From: Shigella phage CM8 | Sequence record: MK962750 | DNA length: 64,000 bases | Direction: 5' to 3' (one strand) | Part shown: positions 47,655-61,912 of the stretch, one piece after another | How positions within the stretch are numbered: position 1 is the stretch's first letter | Layout of the letters: every line of letters begins with the position of its first letter | Program-made: the position numbers and the translations under genes | The notes under the pieces: model-generated | Told to the model about the DNA's origin: nothing | What the model saw: the letters and a program-made list of their open reading frames with translations, nothing else | Databases searched by the model: none

Positions 47655-49637
47655 ATGGCAAATACCCCTGTAAATTATCAATTAACAAGAACAGCAAATG
47701 CTATTCCCGAGATATTCGTCGGGGGTACGTTTGCTGAAATAAAACAAAATCTCATTGAATGGCTTAATGGCCAAAATGAATTTTTGGATTATGATTTTGA
47801 AGGCTCAAGATTAAACGTTCTGTGTGACCTTTTAGCTTATAATACATTGTACATTCAACAGTTTGGTAATGCTGCTGTGTATGAAAGCTTTATGCGTACT
47901 GCTAACTTACGAAGTTCAGTTGTTCAAGCTGCACAAGATAACGGATATTTACCTACTTCAAAATCCGCTGCGCAGACCGAAATTATGTTAACATGCACCG
48001 ACGCATTGAATAGGAATTACATTACTATTCCTCGCGGAACTCGCTTTTTAGCATATGCAAAAGATACTTCTGTTAATCCATATAACTTCGTTTCTACCGA
48101 AGACGTTATTGCTATTCGTGATAAAAATAACCAATATTTTCCGCGTTTAAAATTGGCCCAGGGACGTATAGTAAGAACTGAAATCATTTATGATAAATTA
48201 ACACCTATTATCATTTATGATAAAAATATTGATAGAAACCAGGTTAAATTATACGTTGATGGAGCAGAATGGATTAACTGGACAAGAAAGTCAATGGTTC
48301 ATGCTGGTTCTACATCGACAATTTACTACATGCGTGAAACTATTGATGGAAATACTGAATTCTATTTTGGTGAAGGTGAAATTTCTGTTAATGCTTCTGA
48401 AGGAGCTTTGACCGCTAATTATATCGGAGGTCTTAAACCTACTCAGAACTCTACGATTGTTATTGAGTACATCAGTACTAATGGTGCTGACGCGAACGGA
48501 GCAGTCGGATTTTCATACGCAGATACATTAACAAATATAACTGTCATCAATATTAATGAAAATCCAAACGATGACCCAGATTTTGTTGGGGCAGATGGCG
48601 GCGGTGATCCAGAAGATATTGAGCGTATCCGCGAATTGGGTACTATTAAACGCGAAACCCAGCAACGCTGCGTAACTGCGACTGACTATGATACATTCGT
48701 TTCAGAGAGATTTGGTTCTATTATTCAAGCAGTTCAGACTTTCACTGATTCTACTAAACCTGGTTATGCATTTATTGCTGCTAAACCTAAATCAGGTCTG
48801 TATTTAACTACCGTACAGCGTGAAGATATTAAAAATTATCTCAAAGACTATAATTTAGCTCCTATTACGCCATCAATTATTTCTCCTAATTATCTTTTTA
48901 TTAAGACTAATTTAAAAGTCACATATGCTTTAAATAAACTGCAAGAATCCGAGCAGTGGCTTGAAGGTCAAATAATTGATAAAATTGATCGCTATTATAC
49001 CGAAGATGTAGAAATTTTTAACTCGTCTTTCGCTAAATCTAAGATGTTGACATATGTAGATGATGCAGATCATTCTGTCATTGGTTCATCAGCGACTATT
49101 CAAATGGTTCGTGAAGTACAAAACTTCTATAAAACGCCTGAAGCGGGTATTAAATATAATAATCAAATAAAAGATCGTTCTATGGAATCTAATACGTTTT
49201 CATTTAATTCTGGACGAAAGGTTGTAAATCCTGATACTGGTTTAGAAGAAGATGTATTATATGATGTTCGTATAGTATCAACAGACCGAGATTCTAAAGG
49301 AATTGGTAAAGTTATTATTGGTCCATTTGCTTCTGGCGATGTTACAGAAAATGAAAACATTCAGCCGTATACAGGCAATGATTTTAATAAATTAGCAAAT
49401 TCTGATGGACGTGACAAATATTATGTTATCGGTGAAATAAATTATCCAGCTGACATGATTTATTGGAATATCGCTAAAATTAATTTAACATCTGAAAAAT
49501 TTGAAGTTCAGACTATTGAATTATATTCTGACCCAACCGATGATGTTATCTTTACTCGCGATGGTTCACTGATTGTATTTGAAAATGATTTACGTCCGCA
49601 ATACTTAACTATCGATTTGGAGCCTATATCACAATGA
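47655..49637 (+). CDS. 6: Baseplate wedge protein gp6
   Basis: 660 aa, same length as recalled T4 gp6; gene order 6-7-8. Confidence 0.92.
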   Translation: MANTPVNYQLTRTANAIPEIFVGGTFAEIKQNLIEWLNGQNEFLDYDFEGSRLNVLCDLLAYNTLYIQQFGNAAVYESFMRTANLRSSVVQAAQDNGYLPTSKSAAQTEIMLTCTDALNRNYITIPRGTRFLAYAKDTSVNPYNFVSTEDVIAIRDKNNQYFPRLKLAQGRIVRTEIIYDKLTPIIIYDKNIDRNQVKLYVDGAEWINWTRKSMVHAGSTSTIYYMRETIDGNTEFYFGEGEISVNASEGALTANYIGGLKPTQNSTIVIEYISTNGADANGAVGFSYADTLTNITVININENPNDDPDFVGADGGGDPEDIERIRELGTIKRETQQRCVTATDYDTFVSERFGSIIQAVQTFTDSTKPGYAFIAAKPKSGLYLTTVQREDIKNYLKDYNLAPITPSIISPNYLFIKTNLKVTYALNKLQESEQWLEGQIIDKIDRYYTEDVEIFNSSFAKSKMLTYVDDADHSVIGSSATIQMVREVQNFYKTPEAGIKYNNQIKDRSMESNTFSFNSGRKVVNPDTGLEEDVLYDVRIVSTDRDSKGIGKVIIGPFASGDVTENENIQPYTGNDFNKLANSDGRDKYYVIGEINYPADMIYWNIAKINLTSEKFEVQTIELYSDPTDDVIFTRDGSLIVFENDLRPQYLTIDLEPISQ

Positions 49638-52600
49638 CAGTAAAAGCACCTTCAGTCACTAGTCTCAGAATTTCCAAGTTATCCGCAAATCAGGTGCAAG
49701 TACGCTGGGATGACGTTGGTGCTAATTTCTACTATTTTGTAGAAATCGCTGAGACAAAAACAGACTCGGGGGAAAATCTCCCGAGTGATCAATATCGTTG
49801 GATTAATTTAGGATATACAGCAAACAATAGTTTCTTTTTTGATGATGCTGATCCACTAACATCATACATCATTAGAGTAGCTACAGCTGCACAAGATTTT
49901 GAGCAATCTGATTGGGTTTATACGGAAGAGTTTGAAACTTTTGCTACGAATGCTTACACATTTCAAAACATGATTGAAATGCAATTAGCCAATAAATTCA
50001 TTCAGGAAAAGTTTACTCTTAACAATTCTAATTATGTCAATTTTAATAATGACACTATAATGGCTGCATTGATGAATGAATCGTTCCAATTCAGCCCATC
50101 ATATGTTGATGTTTCATCAATCAGTAATTTTATTATTGGTGAAAATGAGTATCATGAAATACAAGGTTCCATTCAGCAAGTATGTAAGGATATTAACCGA
50201 GTTTATTTAATGGAATCAGAAGGGATTCTATATCTTTTTGAGCGTTATCAACCCGTGGTTAAAGTATCTAATGATAAAGGACAAACCTGGAAAGCTGTAA
50301 AGCTCTTCAATGACCGTGTAGGATATCCTTTATCTAAGACAGTATATTACCAATCTGCGAACACTACATACGTTCTAGGATACGACAAGATTTTCTATGG
50401 CCGCAAATCTACTGATGTTAGATGGTCAGCCGATGATGTCAGATTTAGTTCACAGGATATAACATTCGCTAAACTTGGCGACCAATTACATCTAGGATTT
50501 GATGTAGAAATTTTTGCCACTTACGCGACTTTACCAGCGAATGTATATCGTATAGCTGAAGCCATTACTTGTACGGATGATTATATCTATGTTGTCGCCA
50601 GAGACAAAGTTAGATACATAAAAACGAGTAATGCACCTATAGATTCTGATCCATTATCTCCAACATATTCGGAAAGACTTTTTGAACCTGATACCATGAC
50701 TATAACCGGAAATCCTAAAGCAGTATGCTATAAAATGGATTCTATTGGTGATAAAGTTTTTGCTCTTATTATCGGTGAAGTTGAAACATTAAATGCTAAT
50801 CCTAGAACGTCAAAAATAATTGATTCTACTGATAAAGGAATATATGTTTTAAATCATGACACAAAAACGTGGAAAAGAGTTTTTGGCAACACTGAAGAAG
50901 AAAGAAGACGTATTCAACCTGGGTATGCGAATATGTCAACTGATGGTAAATTAGTTTCTCTATCTTCGAGTAATTTTAAATTTTTAAATGATAACGTTGT
51001 TAATGACCCTGAAACTGTAGCAAAATATCAGTTAATCGGTGCCGTTAAATATGAATTTCCTCGTGAATGGTTAGCTGATAAGCATTATCATATGATGGCA
51101 TTTATAGCAGATGAAAAGTCTGATTGGGAAACTTTTACGCCTCAGCCAATGAAATACTACGCAGAACCGTTCTTTAATTGGTCTAAAAAATCTAACACAC
51201 GCTGTTGGATAAACAACTCTAATAGAGCTGTAGTAGTTTATGCTGATTTAAAATACACTAAAGTTATAGAAAATATTCCGGAAACATCACCAGATAGATT
51301 AGTTCATGAATACTGGGATGATGGTGATTGTACGATAGTAATGCCAAATGTTAAATTCACGGGATTTAAAAAATATGCGTCTGGGATGCTTTTTTATAAA
51401 TCTTCTGGTGAAATAATTTCTTATTATGATTTTAACTATCGTGTGAGAGATACAGTAGAAATTATTTGGAAGCCGACTGGAGTATTTTTAAAAGCATTTT
51501 TACAAAACCAAGAGCATGAGACTCCTTGGTCGCCAGAAGAAGAGCATGGATTAGCTGACCCTGATTTAAGACCATTAATTGGCACAATGATGCCTGATTC
51601 TTATTTGTTGCAGGATTCGAATTTTGAGGCATTTTGTGAAGCATATATTCAATATCTTTCTGACGGATACGGAACTCAGTATAATAATTTACGAAATTTA
51701 ATTCGTAATCAGTATCCACGAGAAGAGCATGCGTGGGAATATTTGTGGTCAGAGATATATAAAAGAAACATTTATTTAAATGCTGACAAACGTGATGCTG
51801 TTGCAAGATTTTTTGAATCACGTAGTTATGATTTTTATTCTACTAAAGGAATTGAAGCATCATACAAATTTCTTTTTAAAGTTCTTTATAATGAAGAAGT
51901 TGAAATTGAAATTGAATCTGGAGCTGGTACTGAATATGATATAATCGTTCAATCTGATTCTTTGACTGAGGATTTAGTAGGACAAACGATTTATACAGCT
52001 ACAGGAAGATGTAATGTTACTTATATAGAAAGAAGTTATTCTAACGGTAAATTGCAATGGACCGTGACTATACATAATCTTTTGGGGCGTTTAATAGCAG
52101 GGCAAGAAGTTAAAGCAGAAAGACTTCCTAGTTTTGAAGGCGAAATTATTCGTGGGGTTAAAGGAAAGGATTTGCTTCAAAATAATATAGACTATATTAA
52201 TAGAAGTCGATCATATTATGTAATGAAAATTAAATCCAATTTACCTTCTTCTCGTTGGAAATCTGACGTTATTCGTTTTGTTCATCCAGTAGGATTTGGA
52301 TTTATAGCAATCACGCTTTTAACTATGTTTATTAATGTCGGTTTAACTCTTAAACACACAGAGACAATAATTAATAAATATAAAAACTACAAATGGGATT
52401 CTGGATTGCCTACTGAATATGCTGATAGAGTAGCTAAATTAACTCCAACTGGCGAAATTGAACATGATTCAGTAACAGGAGAAGCAATTTATGAACCTGG
52501 CCCAATGGCTGGTGTAAAATATCCTCTTCCTGATGACTATAATGCTGAAAATAATAATTCAATATTTCAAGGTCAATTGCCTTCTGAACGACGCAAGTTA

Positions 52601-52732
52601 ATGAGTCCTCTATTTGACGCATCTGGAACAACATTTGCACAATTTAGGGATTTAGTTAATAAACGTCTAAAAGATAATATAGGAAATCCAAGAGACCCTG
52701 AAAATCCAACACAGGTTAAAATAGATGAATGA
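49634..52732 (+). CDS. 7: Baseplate wedge protein gp7
   Basis: 1032 aa, same length as recalled T4 gp7. Confidence 0.92.
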   Translation: MTVKAPSVTSLRISKLSANQVQVRWDDVGANFYYFVEIAETKTDSGENLPSDQYRWINLGYTANNSFFFDDADPLTSYIIRVATAAQDFEQSDWVYTEEFETFATNAYTFQNMIEMQLANKFIQEKFTLNNSNYVNFNNDTIMAALMNESFQFSPSYVDVSSISNFIIGENEYHEIQGSIQQVCKDINRVYLMESEGILYLFERYQPVVKVSNDKGQTWKAVKLFNDRVGYPLSKTVYYQSANTTYVLGYDKIFYGRKSTDVRWSADDVRFSSQDITFAKLGDQLHLGFDVEIFATYATLPANVYRIAEAITCTDDYIYVVARDKVRYIKTSNAPIDSDPLSPTYSERLFEPDTMTITGNPKAVCYKMDSIGDKVFALIIGEVETLNANPRTSKIIDSTDKGIYVLNHDTKTWKRVFGNTEEERRRIQPGYANMSTDGKLVSLSSSNFKFLNDNVVNDPETVAKYQLIGAVKYEFPREWLADKHYHMMAFIADEKSDWETFTPQPMKYYAEPFFNWSKKSNTRCWINNSNRAVVVYADLKYTKVIENIPETSPDRLVHEYWDDGDCTIVMPNVKFTGFKKYASGMLFYKSSGEIISYYDFNYRVRDTVEIIWKPTGVFLKAFLQNQEHETPWSPEEEHGLADPDLRPLIGTMMPDSYLLQDSNFEAFCEAYIQYLSDGYGTQYNNLRNLIRNQYPREEHAWEYLWSEIYKRNIYLNADKRDAVARFFESRSYDFYSTKGIEASYKFLFKVLYNEEVEIEIESGAGTEYDIIVQSDSLTEDLVGQTIYTATGRCNVTYIERSYSNGKLQWTVTIHNLLGRLIAGQEVKAERLPSFEGEIIRGVKGKDLLQNNIDYINRSRSYYVMKIKSNLPSSRWKSDVIRFVHPVGFGFIAITLLTMFINVGLTLKHTETIINKYKNYKWDSGLPTEYADRVAKLTPTGEIEHDSVTGEAIYEPGPMAGVKYPLPDDYNAENNNSIFQGQLPSERRKLMSPLFDASGTTFAQFRDLVNKRLKDNIGNPRDPENPTQVKIDE

Positions 52733-53729
52733 TTCAAGTGTTATCTATCGTGCGATAGTTACTTCAAAATTTAGAACAGAAAAAATGTTGAATTTTTATA
52801 ATTCAATTGGGAGTGGTCCGGATAAAAACACTATCTTTATCACATTTGGAAGATCAGAACCGTGGTCATCAAATGAAAATGAGGTGGGCTTTGCCCCACC
52901 TTATCCAACCGATTCTGTATTAGGCGTAACTGACATGTGGACGCATATGATGGGAACAGTAAAAGTTCTTCCATCAATGCTTGACGCTGTTATTCCTCGC
53001 AGAGATTGGGGAGATACTAGATATCCGGATCCATACACATTTAGAATTAACGATATTGTAGTGTGTAACTCAGCTCCTTACAACGCTACTGAATCAGGCG
53101 CAGGCTGGTTAGTATATCGTTGTTTAGATGTTCCTGATACCGGAATGTGTTCAATAGCATCTTTAACTAATAAGGATGAATGCCTCAAATTAGGCGGAAA
53201 ATGGACTCCTTCTGTTAGGTCAATGACTCCTCCTGAAGGTCGAGGAGATGCGGAAGGAACAATCGAACCTGGAGACGGATATGTTTGGGAATATCTTTTT
53301 GAGATTCCGCCCGATGTATCTATAAATAGATGCACAAATGAATATATCGTAGTTCCTTGGCCTGAGGAATTAAAAGAAGATCCAACTAGATGGGGGTATG
53401 AAGATAATCTCACTTGGCAACAAGATGATTTTGGATTAATTTACCGGGTTAAGGCAAATACTATCCGTTTTAAAGCATATTTAGATTCAGTTTACTTTCC
53501 TGATGCTGCATTGCCAGGAAATAAAGGATTTAGACAAATATCAATAATCACAAATCCTCTTGAAGCTAAAGCTCATCCAAATGACCCAAATGTTAAAGCT
53601 GAAAAGGATTATTATGATCCAGAAGATTTAATGAGGCATTCGGGCGAAATGATTTATATGGAAAATAGGCCACCTATTATCATGGCAATGGATCAGACAG
53701 AAGAAATCAATATTCTGTTTACATTTTAA
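52725..53729 (+). CDS. 8: Baseplate wedge protein gp8
   Basis: 334 aa, same length as recalled T4 gp8. Confidence 0.92.
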   Translation: MNDSSVIYRAIVTSKFRTEKMLNFYNSIGSGPDKNTIFITFGRSEPWSSNENEVGFAPPYPTDSVLGVTDMWTHMMGTVKVLPSMLDAVIPRRDWGDTRYPDPYTFRINDIVVCNSAPYNATESGAGWLVYRCLDVPDTGMCSIASLTNKDECLKLGGKWTPSVRSMTPPEGRGDAEGTIEPGDGYVWEYLFEIPPDVSINRCTNEYIVVPWPEELKEDPTRWGYEDNLTWQQDDFGLIYRVKANTIRFKAYLDSVYFPDAALPGNKGFRQISIITNPLEAKAHPNDPNVKAEKDYYDPEDLMRHSGEMIYMENRPPIIMAMDQTEEINILFTF

Positions 53730-53735
53730 ATTAAG

Positions 53736-53758
53736 GGAGCCCATGGGCTCCCTTTTTC
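53736..53758 (+). terminator. Intrinsic terminator after gene 8 (gggagccc-atgggctccc plus T5)
   Basis: Perfect inverted repeat followed by ttttt on plus. Confidence 0.6.
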
Positions 53759-53760
53759 TT

Positions 53761-53768
53761 TATAAATA
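53761..53768 (+). promoter_or_regulatory. Late promoter (TATAAATA) for gene 9
   Basis: Exact TATAAATA 25 nt upstream of the gene 9 ATG. Confidence 0.7.
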
Positions 53769-53792
53769 CTATAAACTCATAAGGAAACCGCT

Positions 53793-54659
53793 ATGTTCAT
53801 TCAAGAACCAAAGAAATTGATTGATACCGGCGAAATTGGTAACGCTTCTACTGGTGATATCTTATTCGACGGTGGTAATAAAATTAATAGTGATTTTAAC
53901 GCAATTTATAATGCGTTTGGCGATCAGCGTAAAATGGCAGTAGCAAATGGCACTGGAGCAGATGGTCAAATTATCCATGCTACTGGATATTATCAAAAAC
54001 ACTCTATTGCTGAGTATGCAACTCCAGTAAAAGTTGGCACTAGACATGATATTGATACCTCTACTGTAGGTGTTAAAGTTATCATTGAAAGAGGAGAACT
54101 TGGCGATTGTGTTGAATTCATTAATTCTAATGGATCAATATCAGTTACTAATCCTTTAACGATTCAGGCTATTGATTCAATTAAAGGTGTTTCAGGTAAT
54201 TTGGTAGTAACTACTCCATATAGTAAAGTTACTTTACGCTGTATTTCATCTGATAATTCTACGTCGATTTGGAATTATTCTATTGAAAGCATGTTTGGTC
54301 AAAAGGAATCACCAGTTGAAGGTACGTGGAATATTTCTACATCTGGATTAGTTGACATTCCATTGTTTCATCGCACTGAATATAACATGGCTAAATTGTT
54401 AGTTACATGCCAGTCAGCAGATGGAAGAAAAATTAAAACAGCAGAAATAAATATTCTTGTGGATATTGTTAATTCAGAGGTCATTTCTTCTGAATATGCT
54501 GTCATGCGAGTTGGGAATGAAACCGAAGAAGACGAAATCGCTAATATTGCATTTAGTATTAAAGAAAATTATGTAACGGCGACTATAAGTTCTTCAACTG
54601 TCGGTATGAGAGCAGCAGTTAAAGTTATCGCTACGCAGAAAATCGGGGTGGCTCAATAA
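53793..54659 (+). CDS. 9: Baseplate protein gp9 (long tail fibre attachment)
   Basis: 288 aa, same length as recalled T4 gp9. Confidence 0.92.
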   Translation: MFIQEPKKLIDTGEIGNASTGDILFDGGNKINSDFNAIYNAFGDQRKMAVANGTGADGQIIHATGYYQKHSIAEYATPVKVGTRHDIDTSTVGVKVIIERGELGDCVEFINSNGSISVTNPLTIQAIDSIKGVSGNLVVTTPYSKVTLRCISSDNSTSIWNYSIESMFGQKESPVEGTWNISTSGLVDIPLFHRTEYNMAKLLVTCQSADGRKIKTAEINILVDIVNSEVISSEYAVMRVGNETEEDEIANIAFSIKENYVTATISSSTVGMRAAVKVIATQKIGVAQ

Positions 54660-56464
54660 TGAAACAAAATATTAATATCGGTAATGTTGTAGATGATGGT
54701 ACCGGTGACTACCTGCGTAAAGGTGGTATAAAAATAAATGAAAACTTTGATGAGCTTTATTACGAGCTTGGTGACGGTGATGTTCCATATTCAGCTGGTG
54801 CCTGGAAAACTTATAATGCTTCATCAGGACAAACATTAACAGCAGAATGGGGAAAATCATATGCCATTAACACTTCATCTGGAAGAGTAACTCTACAACT
54901 TCCTAAAGGAACCGTTAATGATTATAATAAAGTAATTAAAGCTAGGGATGTATTTGCAACATGGAATGTTAATCCAGTTACTCTAGTAGCCGCTTCTGGT
55001 GATACTATTAAAGGATCATCGTCATCAGTTGAAATTAATGTTCAATTTAGCGATTTAGAATTAGTTTATTGTGCTCCAGGACGTTGGGAATATGTCAAAA
55101 ACAAACAAATTGACAAAATTATTAGTTCAGATATTAGTAATGTAGCACGTAAAGAATTTTTAGTCGAAGTTCAAGGACAAACAGACTTTTTAGATGTTTT
55201 CCGTGGAACTAGCTATAATGTTAATAACATCCGAGTAAAACACCGCGGTAATGAATTATATTATGGCGATGTATTTAGTGAAAACAGTGACTTTGGCTCT
55301 CCTGGGGAAAATGAAGGAGAATTGATTCCTCTTGATGGATTTAATATTAGGTTAAGACAGCCTTGTAATATTGGTGACACTGTTCAAATTGAAACATTTA
55401 TGGATGGTGTATCACAATGGAGAAGTTCATATACAAGACGCCAAATAAAAGTACTGGATTCAAAACTAACATCAAAGACTTCTTTAGAAGGAAGCATTTA
55501 TGTTACTGATTTATCAGCGATGAAATCAATTCCATTTTCTGCATTTGGATTAATTCCTGGTGAACCCATTAATCCTAACTCTCTTGAGGTTCGTTTTAAT
55601 GGAATTTTACAACAACAAGCTGGAACAGCCGGATATCCTCTGTTTTTGTGTGAAGGTGCTAATTCAGATACGCAAGAAGGATGTATATCTCTTGGTGGTG
55701 AATGGAAGGAATCGAATACAGATTATTCTATAGAATATGAAGATGGAAAACCTGTCAGTCTTTTATTTGATAGAAAATTTGAATCCGGTGATATAATCGT
55801 TATAACATGGTTCAATAATGATTTAGGAACTCTTTTAGAAAAAGATGACATTATTGAATTAACTGATGACCGTTATGTTAGTAAAGGATCATCTACTGAA
55901 GTTACTGGTGATGTAGCCTTAACAGATTTTGATAAAATCGGTTGGCCAAATGTTGAAAAAGTTGATTCTTATACTAGAACGTATAATTCAATATCATCTA
56001 TTTTCGACAGCATTTATCCTGTTGGTTCAATTTATGAAAATGCTATAAATCCAAATAATCCAGTGACTTATATGGGATTTGGTTCATGGAAATTATTTGG
56101 TAAAGGGCAGGTTTTAGTAGGATGGAATGATGATGTTACAGATCCAAACTTTGCATTAAACAATAATGATTTAGATTCTAGCGGAAATCCTTCACATACC
56201 GCCGGTGGAACAGTTGGTACAACATCAGTAACGCTTGAAAACGCAAATCTTCCTGCGACTAAAACTGATGAAAGAGTTTTAATTGAAGACGAAAATGGAT
56301 CAGTTATTATTGGAGGATGTCAATATGACCCAGACGAAACTGGTCCTATATATACAAAATATCGTGAAGACTACGCAACAACAAACTCTTCACATACTCC
56401 TCCTACTAATATTAGTAATATTCAACCGTCTATTACTGTATACCGTTGGATAAGGATTGCATAA
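54659..56464 (+). CDS. 10: Baseplate wedge protein gp10
   Basis: 601 aa (T4 about 602); stop overlaps the gene 11 start. Confidence 0.92.
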   Translation: MKQNINIGNVVDDGTGDYLRKGGIKINENFDELYYELGDGDVPYSAGAWKTYNASSGQTLTAEWGKSYAINTSSGRVTLQLPKGTVNDYNKVIKARDVFATWNVNPVTLVAASGDTIKGSSSSVEINVQFSDLELVYCAPGRWEYVKNKQIDKIISSDISNVARKEFLVEVQGQTDFLDVFRGTSYNVNNIRVKHRGNELYYGDVFSENSDFGSPGENEGELIPLDGFNIRLRQPCNIGDTVQIETFMDGVSQWRSSYTRRQIKVLDSKLTSKTSLEGSIYVTDLSAMKSIPFSAFGLIPGEPINPNSLEVRFNGILQQQAGTAGYPLFLCEGANSDTQEGCISLGGEWKESNTDYSIEYEDGKPVSLLFDRKFESGDIIVITWFNNDLGTLLEKDDIIELTDDRYVSKGSSTEVTGDVALTDFDKIGWPNVEKVDSYTRTYNSISSIFDSIYPVGSIYENAINPNNPVTYMGFGSWKLFGKGQVLVGWNDDVTDPNFALNNNDLDSSGNPSHTAGGTVGTTSVTLENANLPATKTDERVLIEDENGSVIIGGCQYDPDETGPIYTKYREDYATTNSSHTPPTNISNIQPSITVYRWIRIA

Positions 56465-57123
56465 TGAGTTTACTTAATAATAAAGCGGGAGTTATTTCCC
56501 GCTTAGCAGATTTTCTTGGTTTTAGAACTAAGAAAAATGATATTTCGGTTATGAATAATCAGCCGGTAGGCGCTGTAACAATTTCACAAATAGCAAAAGG
56601 TTTTTATGACCCAAATGTAGAATCTGCTATCAATGATGTTAGAAATATGGCAGAGCAACAGGTTGGAGCTGTATTAATTAATATAAGCGGCGTATCTCCT
56701 ACTGGAGTGCAACAAACAGACTATTGGTCATTTGAAGGAACTGTTACTGATACTTCAGCCAAACCAGGTGACCCAGTTATTGTTAACATGTTTGGTATTC
56801 CAGTTAAAGCTACTAACGGAATGACTTCAATTGAATTTACCAGTGCCGTTAGAATAGCTCTACAGGAAATGGTTGCAAAATTTATTGCAATTGATTCATT
56901 TGAAGACCATCCTACCATAGGAAATAAAATACAAGTTAAGTATTTAGATAACCAAGAACATATCTTAGAGCAATACTCTGATAAAGGAATTACTTTCAAG
57001 CAAGAAATAATTTCTCCTTCTAAACCTGGATATGGAACTTGGCAATTATTAGGTGCGCAAACTGTCACGTTAGATAGTCACACACAACCTACAGTATTTT
57101 ATTATTTTGAGAGAATAGCATGA
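56464..57123 (+). CDS. 11: Baseplate wedge protein gp11 (short tail fibre attachment)
   Basis: ATG at 56464 gives [19 protein letters not shown]... (219 aa); ORF-track start is upstream in gene 10. Confidence 0.92.
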   Translation: MSLLNNKAGVISRLADFLGFRTKKNDISVMNNQPVGAVTISQIAKGFYDPNVESAINDVRNMAEQQVGAVLINISGVSPTGVQQTDYWSFEGTVTDTSAKPGDPVIVNMFGIPVKATNGMTSIEFTSAVRIALQEMVAKFIAIDSFEDHPTIGNKIQVKYLDNQEHILEQYSDKGITFKQEIISPSKPGYGTWQLLGAQTVTLDSHTQPTVFYYFERIA

Positions 57124-58670
57124 GTAATAATACATATCAGCACGTATCAAATGAATCAAAATATGTTAAATTCGATCCCATTGGATCGAATTTTCCTGAC
57201 ACTGTTACGACGGTTCAGTCTGCATTATCAAAAATAAGTAATATCGGCGTAAATGGTATTCCTGATGCAACTATGGAAGTTAAAGGAATAGCAATGATTG
57301 CATCAGAGCAAGAGGTTTTAGATGGAACAAATAATTCTAAAATCGTTACACCAGCTACATTAGCAACAAGATTATTGTATCCAAATGCTACTGAAACTAA
57401 ATATGGTTTAACGCGTTATTCAACAAATGAAGAAACATTAGAAGGCTCAGATAATAATTCATCAATAACACCGCAAAAACTGAAATACCATACTGATGAT
57501 GTGTTCCAAAATAGATATTCGTCTGAGTCATCAAACGGGGTTATTAAAATATCATCTACGCCTGCAGCTTTGGCTGGTGTCGATGATACTACGGCGATGA
57601 CTCCGCTGAAAACCCAAAAACTTGCAATAAAATTAATTTCACAAATAGCTCCTTCAGAAGACACTGCAACAGAATCTGTGAGAGGAGTAGTTCAATTATC
57701 TACTGTTGCACAAACTCGTCAAGGAACTCTCCGCGAAGGATATGCAATTTCCCCGTATACCTTTATGAATTCTGTTGCAACACAAGAATATAAGGGTGTT
57801 ATACGTCTAGGAACACAAGCAGAAATTAATAATAATTTGGGGGATGTTGCAGTAACAGGTGAAACACTAAATGGTCGAGGAGCTACCGGTTCTATGCGTG
57901 GGGTAGTAAAATTAACGACGCAAGCTGGTATTGCTCCTGAAGGTGATAGCTCTGGGGCATTAGCCTGGAACGCAGATGTAATTAATACTCGTGGTGGACA
58001 AACTATTAATGGTTCTTTAAATTTAGATCATCTCACAGCAAATGGAATTTGGTCGCGCGGCGGAATGTGGAAAAATGGCGATCAACCTGTTGCCACTGAA
58101 AGATATGCGTCCGAAAGGGTTCCGGTTGGAACTATTATGATGTTTGCGGGTGATTCAGCACCTCCAGGTTGGATTATGTGTCATGGTGGAACTGTGTCAG
58201 GAGACCAATATCCTGATTATAGAAACACTGTTGGAACAAGATTTGGTGGGGATTGGAATAATCCAGGGATTCCTGATATGCGAGGTCTTTTTGTTAGAGG
58301 AGCGGGCACCGGTGGTCATATTTTAAATCAACGAGGACAAGATGGTTATGGGAAGGATAGACTGGGCGTAGGATGTGACGGAATGCATGTTGGTGGTGTT
58401 CAGGCACAACAAATGTCATACCATAAACATGCTGGTGGTTGGGGTGAATATAACAGAAGTGAAGGCCCATTTGGCGCGTCAGTTTATCAAGGATATCTTG
58501 GAACTAGAAAATATTCCGACTGGGATAATGCTTCATACTTCACTAATGATGGATTTGAATTAGGTGGACCGAGAGATGCTCATGGTACACTTAATCGTGA
58601 AGGATTAATTGGTTATGAAACTAGACCATGGAATATATCATTAAACTATATTATTAAAGTTCATTACTAA
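57120..58670 (+). CDS. 12: Short tail fibre protein gp12
   Basis: 516 aa (T4 about 527) in the expected position; C-terminal receptor-binding region. Confidence 0.9.
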   Translation: MSNNTYQHVSNESKYVKFDPIGSNFPDTVTTVQSALSKISNIGVNGIPDATMEVKGIAMIASEQEVLDGTNNSKIVTPATLATRLLYPNATETKYGLTRYSTNEETLEGSDNNSSITPQKLKYHTDDVFQNRYSSESSNGVIKISSTPAALAGVDDTTAMTPLKTQKLAIKLISQIAPSEDTATESVRGVVQLSTVAQTRQGTLREGYAISPYTFMNSVATQEYKGVIRLGTQAEINNNLGDVAVTGETLNGRGATGSMRGVVKLTTQAGIAPEGDSSGALAWNADVINTRGGQTINGSLNLDHLTANGIWSRGGMWKNGDQPVATERYASERVPVGTIMMFAGDSAPPGWIMCHGGTVSGDQYPDYRNTVGTRFGGDWNNPGIPDMRGLFVRGAGTGGHILNQRGQDGYGKDRLGVGCDGMHVGGVQAQQMSYHKHAGGWGEYNRSEGPFGASVYQGYLGTRKYSDWDNASYFTNDGFELGGPRDAHGTLNREGLIGYETRPWNISLNYIIKVHY

Positions 58671-58679
58671 GGATTACAA

Positions 58680-60137
58680 ATGATTGAATTAAAAGAGTTA
58701 CCTTTTGTTGATAGCGTTCCTGACGAAGGTCAGGAACGTATTTCATGGATTAAAAATGGTGAAGAAATATTAGGAGCTAGTACTAAGTATGGAAATGATG
58801 GATCAATGAATAGACCAATTGTTTCCGTGTTTAAAAACGTCGAAGTTCTTGATGAAAATGTGGGAATTCTTAAAACTGCCATTGAAACATCACAGAAAGA
58901 TATTAAAACAATTCAAGGAGTTTTAGATGTATCAGGAGATATAGAAGCACTATCGCAGATCAGTGTTAATAAAAATGACATATCGAATTTAAAGACACTT
59001 ACCAGTGAACACACTGATATATTAACTGGAACTAATAATACAGTTGACAAAATTATTGCTGATATAGGTCCATTTAATGATGAAGAAAACTCTGTTTATA
59101 GAACAATTAGAAATGATTTATTGTGGATTAAACAGGAATTAGGACAATATTCTGGCCAAGACATTAACGGTCTTCCTGTTGTTGGTAATGCTAGCACAGG
59201 AATGAAACACAGAATAATAACAAATAGTACATTATTATCTTCACAGGGCATTCGTTTAAGCGAATTAGAAAATAAATTTACTGAATCTGACGTAGGATCA
59301 TTAACTGTTGAAGTTGGTAAATTACGTGATGAACTTGGTAATAAACCAGTAGATTTTGGGCCAAATATTTATAATAGATTAAACACCATAGATGATAAAC
59401 AAACTTTAATAATTTCTGATATAGCAGAAATTAAATCTTCTATTGGATACCCAGAAAATGTTTCTATAATAACAGAAATTAATAATAACAAAAGTAGCAT
59501 TGAAGCTATTAATAATGAATTAAATCAGAGTGAAGGTGTTAAACAGCGCTTAACGGCTATTGAAACTTCTATAGGTTCAGATGATATTCCTTCTAGTATT
59601 AAAGGAAAAATTAAAAATCACACAACTTCTATTGAGTCTTTAAACGGAATTGTTGGTGAAAACACTTCGTCTGGTTTAAGAGCGAATGTTTCGTGGTTAA
59701 ATCAAATTGTTGGAACTGACTCCAGCGGAGGACAACCGTCTCCTTCTGGATCTCTATTAAATAAAGTTTCAGTGCTTGAAGGAGAAGTTTCAGTTTTAAA
59801 CAATAATGTTCAAAATATACAAGTTGAAATAGGAAATAATAGAACAGGAATTAAAGGTCAAGTTATTGAACTTACTTCACTTATAAATGGAAATAATCCT
59901 GACGGATCAACTGTTGAAGAACGAGGATTAACTAATTCTATAAAAACGAATGAAACCAACATTGCGGCAGTCACACATGAAGTAAATACAGCTAAAGACA
60001 ATATATCCTCTTTACAGAGCAGCGTTCAAGCTCTACAAGAAGCAGGTTATATTCCTGAAGCTCCAAAAGATGGCCAAGCTTACGTTCGTAAAGACGGCGA
60101 ATGGGTACTACTTTCTACCTTTTTATCACCAGCATAA
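58680..60137 (+). CDS. wac: Fibritin (whisker antigen control)
   Basis: 485 aa, long coiled-coil segments, C-terminal foldon-like [27 protein letters not shown]. Confidence 0.93.
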   Translation: MIELKELPFVDSVPDEGQERISWIKNGEEILGASTKYGNDGSMNRPIVSVFKNVEVLDENVGILKTAIETSQKDIKTIQGVLDVSGDIEALSQISVNKNDISNLKTLTSEHTDILTGTNNTVDKIIADIGPFNDEENSVYRTIRNDLLWIKQELGQYSGQDINGLPVVGNASTGMKHRIITNSTLLSSQGIRLSELENKFTESDVGSLTVEVGKLRDELGNKPVDFGPNIYNRLNTIDDKQTLIISDIAEIKSSIGYPENVSIITEINNNKSSIEAINNELNQSEGVKQRLTAIETSIGSDDIPSSIKGKIKNHTTSIESLNGIVGENTSSGLRANVSWLNQIVGTDSSGGQPSPSGSLLNKVSVLEGEVSVLNNNVQNIQVEIGNNRTGIKGQVIELTSLINGNNPDGSTVEERGLTNSIKTNETNIAAVTHEVNTAKDNISSLQSSVQALQEAGYIPEAPKDGQAYVRKDGEWVLLSTFLSPA

Positions 60138-60140
60138 CAT

Positions 60141-60156
60141 GGGGCCGCAAGGCCCC
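60141..60156 (+). terminator. GC hairpin with GCAA (GNRA) tetraloop after wac
   Basis: ggggcc-gcaa-ggcccc inverted repeat; weak T tract follows. Confidence 0.4.
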
Positions 60157-60168
60157 AAAGGATTTTAA

Positions 60169-61871
<1,703 letters not shown>

Positions 61872-61912
61872 TAAATATTATAAACTAATTAAAGCCCAGA
61901 TTAGGAGAAATC

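Noticed and set aside
45347-57664. Minus-strand ORFs inside the late tail/baseplate operon (for example 45347-45556, 47362-47580, 49163-49360, 51462-51821, 53078-53413, 56721-57068, 57416-57664) and other antisense or overlapping short ORFs in the ORF track
   Set aside because: Each lies entirely within a confidently assigned, long, sequence-recognised gene on the opposite strand and has no start context; treated as chance ORFs.
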